From NCBI GenBank assembly GCA_049667415.1, contig JBATIA010000192.1, positions 1-26,387 of the forward strand: 26,387 bases of DNA. Direction: 5' to 3'. Source of the stretch: Ignavibacteriaceae bacterium (GTDB lineage Bacteria > Bacteroidota > Ignavibacteria > Ignavibacteriales > Ignavibacteriaceae). The notes below the pieces were generated by a model. That model was not told the origin of the DNA, ran no database searches, and worked only from the letters and a program-made list of their open reading frames with translations. Shown here one piece after another: positions 1-8,424 of this stretch. Numbering within the stretch: position 1 is the first letter of the stretch; the number at the start of each line of letters is the position of its first letter. A program made the position numbers and the translations under genes.

Positions 1-194
1 CACTTATTCAGCTCATTAAGGTATGAATTTATTACTTCAAAATGTCCCAGTTTATTATTAGCAAGATTGATTGATTTTGTTAATTCAGGATGGTTATTTC
101 GAATAGAAAGGAAATATTTGTTTAGAAGAGCTGTTAACTCAGAAGAACCAAGTGTTTTATTGTTCAGTATTTTATCAAGTTTATCCGATGGCAT
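1..194 (-). CDS. Partial gene (N-terminal 64 aa, runs off the left edge), hypothetical; possibly IF-2B/ribose-1,5-bisphosphate isomerase-like family
   Basis: Not in the ORF track. ATG at 194-192 overlaps the end of the upstream gene by 14 nt and the frame is open to position 1: MPSDKLDKILNNKTLGSSELTALLNKYFLSIRNNHPELTKSINLANNKLGHFEVINSYLNELNK. The family guess rests only on the 'ILNNKTLGSSEL' resemblance to IF-2B-like N-termini. Confidence 0.6.
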   Translation of the reverse strand, partial: MPSDKLDKILNNKTLGSSELTALLNKYFLSIRNNHPELTKSINLANNKLGHFEVINSYLNELNK

Positions 195-1920
195 CTTCTT
201 CATCTGAAAAACTACTGACTGCCAGCCTTTTTAGATTAAAATTATTGAACGATTTTTTTGAGGAAGCTCTGTTGCTTGTTAATGCCCCAAACAATTCTTC
301 TTTTGAACTAAATTCTTTCAAATAAAATATGTTTACTTTATTTCGGTTCTTAGTAAGCCAATTAAGGGAGATCTTCATTTTTTCCAGGTCTTCCTCAGTA
401 GGATTTATATCGGTTCTGACAGTATTTGCGAAATAATCATCTAACGCGTTTTCAAAACTATCCATTTCCGAATGTGAATCCTTTTTAATAAAGTATTTAC
501 CTTCCAATAGAAGTATATAATCGCGATTAATACCCTCAGTAATTTCAAACAGTACATTAGCTTTATTTACAGGCTCAGCAAGGAGGGATGATTTGTGGGT
601 CTGCGAAAGTATTAAATCTATTACCTGCTTTGTTTCAGCGGCCTTTTCGTATTGTTCTTTTTGTGAATACTCTTTCATTTTATTCAGCATCCGGTCCAGA
701 GCCGATTGGTTTCTTCCGGAAAGAAATTCGTAAACTTTTTCAAGTTCCTCAAAATAATCAGGGTCAGTACTTTTTATGCAGGGAGCTGTGCATCTTTCAA
801 TTTCTGCAAGAAAACATCTCTTTCCTTTCCGAAATTCTTTGTCATTACATTCGCGTAAAGCGAATGTTTTATCAACAATATTAAGAACCAGTTCTGCTCT
901 CCGTCGTGAAATAAATAACCCGAAATAATCGTTACCGTCAAATTCAAATTTATTTGAAATTTCTGCTTTCGGATACTTTTTGCTCTTATCTAACTTGATA
1001 AAATATTTATTGCCATATTTTTTAAGCTGCCGGTTATGTTTTGGATTAATTACCTTAATGCTTTCTGCTTCAAGAAGAAGTGCAGTGAGCTCAGAGTTTG
1101 TGATCTCAGTTTTTATTTTAGCAGCTTGTTTTACAATCTTTTTTGGTTTGCCAGTTGCTGTAGTTGCAAAATAACTTCTTACCCGATGCTTTAGAGATTT
1201 AGCTTTACCTACATAAATTACTTCATTCTTTTTATTCAGGAAATAATATACCCCGGGAGAATCAGGCAGGGAATATAGTGCATCCTGCAAAGCCGGTTTG
1301 ATTTTACTTTTTGAAAAATTATTTATTAAATAACTCTGGTAACTGATCAGGTCATCAAGCGTTTCTATTCCTTCTTCATCGGAAAGTTTTTTTATCATTT
1401 TAATAAGTACTTTAGCGGTTGTTTCAGCATCACCAAGAGCACGGTGTGAATTACGATTTCGTATCTTTAAAAATGATGCAACTGAAGAAAGAGACTTACT
1501 TCTCAATCCGGGGAATAATTTCCGCGCTATTTTCAGTGAACATACTTTGTGGTTTTCAAATGGGATTCTGTCATTCCTTAAAAATTCTGCTGTTAAAAAA
1601 GATTCATCAAAGCTAAAATTATGACCCGATATTACAGAGTCACCCACAAACTCTGTAATTTTTCCTGCAACGGAATCGAAAGGTGGTGCATGGCTAACAT
1701 CTCTATTTGTAATTCCCGTAAGCTGTGTGATAAAGGAAGGAATATTATAACCAGGATTAATAAGTGATGTGAATTTATCCGAGATTTTTAGATTTTTGAT
1801 CTTCACAATACCAATTTCAATAATATTATTAGTTCTTGCCGATAAGCCGGTTGTCTCAACATCAATAACTGAAAATTCAGTTTTTGAAAGCATATTATTT
1901 AAAATTCTGTTGGAAGTCAT
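181..1920 (-). CDS. DEDDh 3'-5' exonuclease (DnaQ/epsilon-like) fused to UvrC-type GIY-YIG nuclease, Cys cluster and UVR domain (Cho-like)
   Basis: Exo I DVETTG, Exo II HNFSFD, Exo III HRALGDA; LPDSPGVYYF...YVGKAKSLKHRVRSYF and ALLLEAESIK..PKHN (GIY-YIG); LREC..CFLAEIERCTAPC; MKEYSQKEQYEKAAE (UVR). The true start could be the second Met (MLSKTEF). Confidence 0.92.
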   Translation of the reverse strand: MTSNRILNNMLSKTEFSVIDVETTGLSARTNNIIEIGIVKIKNLKISDKFTSLINPGYNIPSFITQLTGITNRDVSHAPPFDSVAGKITEFVGDSVISGHNFSFDESFLTAEFLRNDRIPFENHKVCSLKIARKLFPGLRSKSLSSVASFLKIRNRNSHRALGDAETTAKVLIKMIKKLSDEEGIETLDDLISYQSYLINNFSKSKIKPALQDALYSLPDSPGVYYFLNKKNEVIYVGKAKSLKHRVRSYFATTATGKPKKIVKQAAKIKTEITNSELTALLLEAESIKVINPKHNRQLKKYGNKYFIKLDKSKKYPKAEISNKFEFDGNDYFGLFISRRRAELVLNIVDKTFALRECNDKEFRKGKRCFLAEIERCTAPCIKSTDPDYFEELEKVYEFLSGRNQSALDRMLNKMKEYSQKEQYEKAAETKQVIDLILSQTHKSSLLAEPVNKANVLFEITEGINRDYILLLEGKYFIKKDSHSEMDSFENALDDYFANTVRTDINPTEEDLEKMKISLNWLTKNRNKVNIFYLKEFSSKEELFGALTSNRASSKKSFNNFNLKRLAVSSFSDEEDAIG

Positions 1921-1961
1921 TTGTAATTTTTAATAATATAAAATACTCTTTTTATCAAATA

Positions 1962-3572
1962 TTAATTTGAATCTTTTCTAACATATAAATTATAGAACCA
2001 TCCATCTGTCACTTCTACTGGTTTAAATTCATACATTGCTTGGAAATCTTTAGAAAACCAGATTTCTTTAATCGATTTAAGCCTAAATGAACTTTCGAAG
2101 GGCGTTTCGTGTGGTTCCCTGGTCAAAAAATCAACTAGCTGAATGTACTTTGGTTTTCTCGAAAGTATATATGCCCCGTTGCCTTTATTGTGTCCCGGAA
2201 TCCAGTTTTGTATAAACTCATCCTTAAAATCCTCTTTTGATATGAAGGGATCTACAATTCCAACCATATCAATCACACCAATTTTTGAATAATATCCAAT
2301 TGCTCCGATTGGGGTAACTGCTATATAATCATCAGGAGTAGATATTTTTTTTAATTCTTTTCCCATTAAAATAAAACCATTCTGCCATTCAAAAATGTAA
2401 TCATCTATCCAGTCGTTATAAACCGTAACAGTTTCTTTTTTTCCTTCAACCAGGTTTTTTGCTCCGAACATTGCTTCTTTTACAGGCAGCTTAAAAACTA
2501 ATATACCAGCCATTACAAAATAAAATAAAAATAAAATTATTTCTCTATTTGATTCTAAAAGCGTCTTCAGATTTAATAATCTATTTAGCGAAGGAGGTAT
2601 AAAAACAAGCAGCAATGGCAGCACAGGAAGGATAAATCTTCCTCCATAAAAATGGTCACCACCGATTAAAATTGTTGCTATTACCGAAACAGTACCCAAT
2701 CCAAAAAGAAATCCTGATTTGCCAGATAACATTTTGAACCTGAAAGCAAGCAAAATAAGAAAAATGATAAACCAGCCGAACCCAAAAAATTTTCTTAAAG
2801 AGATAATAGTGTAATCAAGACCGCCAATTACTTGAGCAAGACCTCCGCCGGTTTTTGCATAAAAAGTGTTGGGCAAGAATTGTCCAAAATAAATCCATCG
2901 CCAGATAAAATAAGTTAGAAATATTAGTGAAAACCCCAAAGTAAAAATTATTTGTTCCTTATTTATTCGGTAAGTGATTAATGAGTTTTTCTTTTTCATG
3001 ATGTAAAGAAGAGAACAGAGAAAAATTAATGTTGCTTCAAATCTTATCAGGCATAGTAATCCGAACATTATCCCATTTAATAACAATGATTTGAAATCTA
3101 TCTCTCTGGTAAGAAATAGGTAGATTGTTAAAAGAAAGAACATCGAATAAAATGATGTTTCCATACCTGCCACTGACCAGTATAAAAATGATGGAGTTAC
3201 CCCGATAATGAAAACTGTAAAGATATTTTCCTTAACAAGATTTGGATTAAGCTGTTGGTAAATTAGGAAAGTAAGGTAAAGTGTCAGTGTTGAGCTAACA
3301 ACTCCAACCACTAAGCTTAAAATTATAGGATCAAGACTAAGTACTTTCCCGAAAATAAAAATCACCAGGTACAAAAAGGAAGAATAACCCTCTACAGGTA
3401 GTTCACCAATATTCCAGACAAATCCGTTACCTTTGACTACATTTTCTGCATATCTGAAAAAAATAAATGCTTCGTCAACAACTACCGTATGTAGATATTT
3501 GGAACGTAAAAAAGCAATGGTTGAAATGCCAATAAGTGCCAGGGTAAAAAGAATGATTTTTTTACTTTTCAC
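1962..3572 (-). CDS. Polytopic membrane protein, GT-C-fold glycosyltransferase-like (AftB/PMT-like)
   Basis: Many hydrophobic segments; first-loop motif VDEAFIFFRYAEN..GNGFVWN.GE.PVEGYSSFLY, plus GMET, RFEA, YFGQFLPNTFYAK, RFILP and GAIGYYS..IDMVG motifs typical of this family. GTG start. Confidence 0.75.
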   Translation of the reverse strand: MKSKKIILFTLALIGISTIAFLRSKYLHTVVVDEAFIFFRYAENVVKGNGFVWNIGELPVEGYSSFLYLVIFIFGKVLSLDPIILSLVVGVVSSTLTLYLTFLIYQQLNPNLVKENIFTVFIIGVTPSFLYWSVAGMETSFYSMFFLLTIYLFLTREIDFKSLLLNGIMFGLLCLIRFEATLIFLCSLLYIMKKKNSLITYRINKEQIIFTLGFSLIFLTYFIWRWIYFGQFLPNTFYAKTGGGLAQVIGGLDYTIISLRKFFGFGWFIIFLILLAFRFKMLSGKSGFLFGLGTVSVIATILIGGDHFYGGRFILPVLPLLLVFIPPSLNRLLNLKTLLESNREIILFLFYFVMAGILVFKLPVKEAMFGAKNLVEGKKETVTVYNDWIDDYIFEWQNGFILMGKELKKISTPDDYIAVTPIGAIGYYSKIGVIDMVGIVDPFISKEDFKDEFIQNWIPGHNKGNGAYILSRKPKYIQLVDFLTREPHETPFESSFRLKSIKEIWFSKDFQAMYEFKPVEVTDGWFYNLYVRKDSN

Positions 3573-3595
3573 AACACCTTTATGATTTACTTATT

Positions 3596-3603
3596 CAAAT
3601 TTA
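3596..3603 (-). promoter_or_regulatory. Candidate Bacteroidota-type -7 promoter element (TAAATTTG)
   Basis: Exact match to TAnnTTTG on the minus strand, 23 nt upstream of the GTG at 3572. It is a short motif in AT-rich DNA. Confidence 0.4.
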
Positions 3604-3764
3604 CTAATTAGGAAGAAGATAGGAGTAAGATTTAAAAAGAATATGAAAAAGTTTGTTTAATACTTAGTATCAAAGATTGCAATAGCTTGCTACAAACCCT
3701 TTTATTATCCTTCTGTGAATTCTCTGCGATTTTGAATATATTGGCAGACAAAAATTAACACCTC

Positions 3765-4565
3765 ATGCCCTCAATTAATATTTTATTTATTGGTGATATT
3801 GTTGGAAAACCAGGGATGGATCTCGTTCAAACCTGGTTACCCGGACTCATTCAGAAATACAAAGCCGATTTTGTAATAGCTAACGGAGAAAATGCTTCAG
3901 ATGGTAAAGGCTGTACAGAAAAGGAAGGAAAACAACTTTTTGATTTAGGCATTCACGTTCTTACTGGTGGAAATCATACCTGGGATAAGCATTTGTCTCA
4001 GGACTATCTTAAAAAAGAACCGAGGGCATTACGGCCTCTAAATTACCCCAAGGGAACTTACGGGAACGGATATTATATCGCTGAGACTAAAAAGGGGAAA
4101 GTTGCTGTAGTAAATTTGCAGGGAAGAACATTTATGGCTGCAATAGACTGTCCTTTCCGATCTGCTGATTGGGTTATAAACAAACTTAACACAGAAACAA
4201 AAGTAATTATTATTGATTTCCACGCCGAAGCAACTGCAGAAAAAATTGCTATGTCGCATTACATTGATGGGAGAGTTAGTGCATTGATCGGAACTCACAC
4301 ACATATTCAAACTTCTGATGAACGCATAATGCCAAAAGGTACTGGCTTCATAACTGATGTTGGTATGTCCGGTCCTTATGATTCTGTGATTGGTATGAAA
4401 GCGCAAGCCGCTATCAATAGGTTTTTATACCAGACACCTCAAAAGTATGAATCTGCAACAAATGATGTTCATCTTTGCGGGATTTTTTTGAAGGTAGATA
4501 CTGATTCAGGTAAGACTACACATATCGAAAGAATTTTATTCCCGGATTTTGTTAAGACTAACTAA
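3765..4565 (+). CDS. ymdB: YmdB-like metallophosphoesterase (TIGR00282 family)
   Basis: GDIVGKPG, ANGENA, TGGNHTWD, LRPLNYP, DFHAEATAEK, GTHTHIQT, TDVGMSGP motifs. Confidence 0.95.
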   Translation: MPSINILFIGDIVGKPGMDLVQTWLPGLIQKYKADFVIANGENASDGKGCTEKEGKQLFDLGIHVLTGGNHTWDKHLSQDYLKKEPRALRPLNYPKGTYGNGYYIAETKKGKVAVVNLQGRTFMAAIDCPFRSADWVINKLNTETKVIIIDFHAEATAEKIAMSHYIDGRVSALIGTHTHIQTSDERIMPKGTGFITDVGMSGPYDSVIGMKAQAAINRFLYQTPQKYESATNDVHLCGIFLKVDTDSGKTTHIERILFPDFVKTN

Positions 4566-4567
4566 CG

Positions 4568-5446
4568 ATGATTTTAATTGACGGCAAAAAAATAGCGCAG
4601 GAAATTCGTGCCGAACTAAAGTCGGGTATTGAAAAGCTTAATTCTGAAGGAAAAGATGTTCCGGGATTAGTTGCAATTCTTGTTGGGGACAATCCGGCAT
4701 CGGAGAGTTATGTTAAAGGTAAAGCAAAAGCTTGCGAAGAAATCGGAATGAGAGCGATTACAGAAAAACGACCGACAGAATTTTTGGAAAAAGATTTACT
4801 CGGATTAATCAATTCTTATAATCACAATAAAAAATACAACGGTATTCTTGTTCAGCTTCCTCTTCCAAAACACATTGCTGAAGATAAAGTTATTGAAGCA
4901 ATCTCACCCCAAAAAGATGTTGATGGATTTCACCCGATAAGTGTTGGGAATCTTGTAATTGGTAAACCAGCTTTTCGGTCGTGCACGCCTGCAGGCATAC
5001 AGGAGTTACTTATTCGTTATAATATTGAAACTAAAGGAAAACACTTAGTTGTTCTGGGAAGAAGCAACATTGTCGGAAAGCCGATTGCTAACATTATGCT
5101 TCAGAAAAAAGAATTTGCGAATTCAATCGTTACTGTTTGTCATAGTGCAGCACCTGATGTTTCATATTACACTAAGCAAGCAGATATTTTAATAGCAGCA
5201 ATGGGATCCCCGAAATTTGTAAAGGGGGATATGGTTAAACCGGGAGTTGTCGTTATTGACGTTGGCATAAACCGGGTAGAAGACAAAGCAGCAGCAAAAG
5301 GGTATCGTCTTGTTGGAGATGTAGATTTTGATGAAGTATCAAAGAAAGCGTCTTATATTACACCCGTTCCTGGTGGAGTCGGACCTATGACAATTGCAAT
5401 GCTGTTAAAAAACACTTACGAGGCATTCATAAAATATGGTGAATAA
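4568..5446 (+). CDS. folD: Bifunctional methylenetetrahydrofolate dehydrogenase/cyclohydrolase
   Basis: [65 protein letters not shown]. Confidence 0.98.
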   Translation: MILIDGKKIAQEIRAELKSGIEKLNSEGKDVPGLVAILVGDNPASESYVKGKAKACEEIGMRAITEKRPTEFLEKDLLGLINSYNHNKKYNGILVQLPLPKHIAEDKVIEAISPQKDVDGFHPISVGNLVIGKPAFRSCTPAGIQELLIRYNIETKGKHLVVLGRSNIVGKPIANIMLQKKEFANSIVTVCHSAAPDVSYYTKQADILIAAMGSPKFVKGDMVKPGVVVIDVGINRVEDKAAAKGYRLVGDVDFDEVSKKASYITPVPGGVGPMTIAMLLKNTYEAFIKYGE

Positions 5447-5447
5447 A

Positions 5448-6293
5448 ATGAATCATAAAATATCTGATGAAGATGTTTCTCCTGAATTTTTGGAAAAAGT
5501 TTTAAAAGATTATTACTGCTACGGTGATTCCTGCAAAGGCTGGGAAACGAACGTAATCACACAGCCTAAAACGGTAAAAAGCATTGTTGATGTTGGTGCT
5601 TCAAGGATAGCAGCGGGAAAGGGGATTGGAAATTCTCTTAAAGATAAAAACATTGCCTCTAAAATTGATCATACAATGCTTAAACCAGATGCGACACCTG
5701 CTGAAATCACTGAACTATGTGAGGAAGCAAAAAAATACCATTTCGCTTCTGTATGTGTTAATCCGGGTTACGTTTCTCTATGCTCATCATTGTTGAAAGG
5801 CACAGATGTAAGAGTCTGTACTGTTGTCGGCTTTCCGCTGGGTGCGAACACAACGGATGTAAAAAAGTTTGAAACCGAACAGGCAATTCAAAATGGTGCT
5901 ACAGAAATTGATATGGTGATTAATGTTGGAAGATTAAAGGCAGGTGATTACGAATATGTTGAGAATGATGTCTTGCAGGTTGTTCAAACTGCTAAAAGCA
6001 GTGGTGTACTGGTTAAAGTGATTATTGAAGCAGCGCTACTTAGTGACGAAGAAAAGGTTAAAGCATGCCTTATTTGTAAAAAAGCTGAAGCCGATTTTGT
6101 GAAGACCTCAACGGGATTTAGTAAGGGTGGTGCTACTGTCGGCGATGTTGCTTTAATGAAATATGTTGTCGGAAGTTCTTTAGGTGTGAAAGCAGCGGGA
6201 GGTATAAGATCCAAAGAAGATGCTGAAGCAATGATAGCTTCTGGTGCAGATAGGATTGGAGCAAGTGCAAGTGTGAAAATTGTATCGAGCTGA
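5448..6293 (+). CDS. deoC: Deoxyribose-phosphate aldolase with a ~65-aa N-terminal extension
   Basis: [59 protein letters not shown]. Start is ATG 5448 (1 nt after the folD stop) or in-frame ATG 5436. Confidence 0.96.
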   Translation: MNHKISDEDVSPEFLEKVLKDYYCYGDSCKGWETNVITQPKTVKSIVDVGASRIAAGKGIGNSLKDKNIASKIDHTMLKPDATPAEITELCEEAKKYHFASVCVNPGYVSLCSSLLKGTDVRVCTVVGFPLGANTTDVKKFETEQAIQNGATEIDMVINVGRLKAGDYEYVENDVLQVVQTAKSSGVLVKVIIEAALLSDEEKVKACLICKKAEADFVKTSTGFSKGGATVGDVALMKYVVGSSLGVKAAGGIRSKEDAEAMIASGADRIGASASVKIVSS

Positions 6294-6313
6294 ATGAATT
6301 TTTTTTTCTTGCT

Positions 6314-6541
6314 ATGATTCTTGATATTGTTGTCACAAAAACAAATGATGGCTTTACTGCCGAAATCCCTTCGCTATCTGGTTGTGAAAGCTGGGCTCAC
6401 GATGAAGATACCGTATTATCCAAAATTATTGAATTAGCTGCATTTTACCTTAAAACCGATATTAAAAAATTCAAGCTTGATAAAGCAAGAAGAGTAAAAG
6501 ATCGATCAATTTATAAACTAGTATTTTACAAAAGTGTCTGA
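6314..6541 (+). CDS. Small HicB-like (partial RNase H fold, UPF0150-like) protein
   Basis: 75 aa; DGFTAEIPSLSGCESWAHDEDTVLSKIIE resembles the HicB N-domain pattern (G.y.a.vP.LpGc.t.g.t.eea..n..ea); 8-nt overlap with trmH. Confidence 0.65.
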   Translation: MILDIVVTKTNDGFTAEIPSLSGCESWAHDEDTVLSKIIELAAFYLKTDIKKFKLDKARRVKDRSIYKLVFYKSV

Positions 6542-7130
6542 TTCCAATTTCCGGACAGAACGACGAATTGAAAAAATTAATTGGGTGCTATCAAAAAGGC
6601 AGCCTTCTCTCCACGTTGTATTTGAAAATATTCATGATCCACATAACGTCAGCGCAATTTTCAGGACTTGCGATGCTGCTGGCGTACCTAAAGTATCATT
6701 AGTCTATAACATTGAAAAATTTCCGAAGATAGGAAAGAAATCATCGGCATCTGCATATAAATGGATTGAAAAAGAGAAGTATAAAACTGTTGATGAATGT
6801 TTTAAGCAGCTGAAAAAAGAAAAATTTGAAATTTATGCTGCATCTCTCAATTCTGATTCAAAAAGTCTCTACGATTTGGAATTCACAAAAAAGACTGCTA
6901 TAGTTTTTGGGAATGAGCATAGAGGGTTATCCGATGAAGCTGAGGAACTCGCTGATGAAAGATTTTATATTCCTATGTATGGAATGGTGCAAAGTCTTAA
7001 TGTTTCCGTTTCCGCTGCAATTACTATTTATGAAGCTTTACGACAGAGAAACCTAAAAGGACTTTATGAAAAAAGCGAACTAAGCTCAAAGGAACTCAAA
7101 AAGCTGATAAATGAATGGGCAAAAAAATGA
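6534..7130 (+). CDS. trmH: SpoU-family tRNA (Gm18) 2'-O-methyltransferase
   Basis: ENIHDPHNVSAIFRTCDA, VFGNEHRG, IPMYGMVQSLNVSVSAAITIYEALRQR; GTG start. Confidence 0.9.
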   Translation: MSDSNFRTERRIEKINWVLSKRQPSLHVVFENIHDPHNVSAIFRTCDAAGVPKVSLVYNIEKFPKIGKKSSASAYKWIEKEKYKTVDECFKQLKKEKFEIYAASLNSDSKSLYDLEFTKKTAIVFGNEHRGLSDEAEELADERFYIPMYGMVQSLNVSVSAAITIYEALRQRNLKGLYEKSELSSKELKKLINEWAKK

Positions 7131-7146
7131 TCCACAAGACTAACAA

Positions 7147-8424
7147 GTGATTCAATCATTTTCTAAAATTAATAAAGTCTCAGGCACACTATCTCTCCCA
7201 GGAGATAAGTCGATTTCTCACCGGGCACTACTAATATCTTCACTTGCAAAAGGGGTATCATCTATCGTAAATCTGCCTGACAGTGAAGATATAAAATCAA
7301 CTATTCACTGCTTAAAATCTTTGGGAATAAAAATTGAAACTTCAGGTGATAAAACTTTTGTTTACGGAAGGGGATTCAAAGGTTACAGTCCTCCCTCCGG
7401 AACTCTTAAAGCTGGTAATTCAGGAACAACTGCAAGGTTACTTTCGGGAATACTTGCTGCTCAAAACTTTGAATCAGTTATTGAAGGTGATGCATCACTC
7501 TCTACCAGGCCGATGAAAAGAATACTCGAACCATTAATTCTTATGGGCAGCACTATTAGAAGTAGTGATGGAAAGCTTCCCATTAAAATTTATCCTGCTG
7601 CAAATCTAAAATCCGTAAATTACGAATTACCAATAGCCAGCGCCCAGGTTAAAAGTGCAATTCTTTTAGCCGGATTACATTTGGAAGATGAATCCTCTGT
7701 AATTGAATCAGTTTATACCAGGAATCATACGGAAAATCTCTTAGATTTAAGTGTTAAAAGAGAAGAAGGGAAAATCACTTCAATTAGTTCAAGAAAAAAT
7801 TACCCCGAACCGAAAGAATATTTTATTCCAGGCGATATATCTTCCGCAATGTGCTTTATTGTGCTAACTCTGCTCTCAAAAAATTCGGAACTCATGCTTA
7901 ATAATGTTTCACTAAATCCATCAAGAATTGAAAGCACTAATTTGCTTAAAAGGATGGGAGGAAATATTCAGATTGAAATAAATGGTGAATCTAATAATGA
8001 GCTTTATGGTGATATGCTCGTGAAGTCGAGTGAATTATCAAATGTAAAGATAGACCCTGAAATTATTTCATTAATTATGGATGAAATTCCGATTTTGGCA
8101 GTAGCGGGAATATTTTCGGAAGGAGTTTTTGAAGTTAGGGGCGCTTATGAATTAAGAGTTAAAGAATCGGATCGAATAAAATCTCTTATTTCAAATTTTC
8201 ATTTGTTAGGATTAGATTCGGAAGAATATGAAGATGGTTTCAGAATTTCAGGGGAGATAAAAAAATCAAATTACACATTTAATAGTTTTGGTGATCACCG
8301 AATAGCTATGGCATTTGCTATTTTATCATCTCTTTTGCAAGAAGGGGGAAAAGTAGAGGGATTTGAATCAGTTGCTATTTCCAATCCAGACTTTCTTGAT
8401 CAGATTAATTCAATTGCTCGCTAG
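7147..8424 (+). CDS. aroA: 3-phosphoshikimate 1-carboxyvinyltransferase (class II-like EPSP synthase)
   Basis: PGDKSISHR, GNSGTTAR, RPMKRI, SAQVKSA, RNHTE, PGDISSA, DEIP, RVKESDR, DHRIAM; GTG start. Confidence 0.97.
   Translation: MIQSFSKINKVSGTLSLPGDKSISHRALLISSLAKGVSSIVNLPDSEDIKSTIHCLKSLGIKIETSGDKTFVYGRGFKGYSPPSGTLKAGNSGTTARLLSGILAAQNFESVIEGDASLSTRPMKRILEPLILMGSTIRSSDGKLPIKIYPAANLKSVNYELPIASAQVKSAILLAGLHLEDESSVIESVYTRNHTENLLDLSVKREEGKITSISSRKNYPEPKEYFIPGDISSAMCFIVLTLLSKNSELMLNNVSLNPSRIESTNLLKRMGGNIQIEINGESNNELYGDMLVKSSELSNVKIDPEIISLIMDEIPILAVAGIFSEGVFEVRGAYELRVKESDRIKSLISNFHLLGLDSEEYEDGFRISGEIKKSNYTFNSFGDHRIAMAFAILSSLLQEGGKVEGFESVAISNPDFLDQINSIAR

Noticed and set aside
6294..6541. Complete HicAB toxin-antitoxin module
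   Set aside because: No HicA-like ORF on either side
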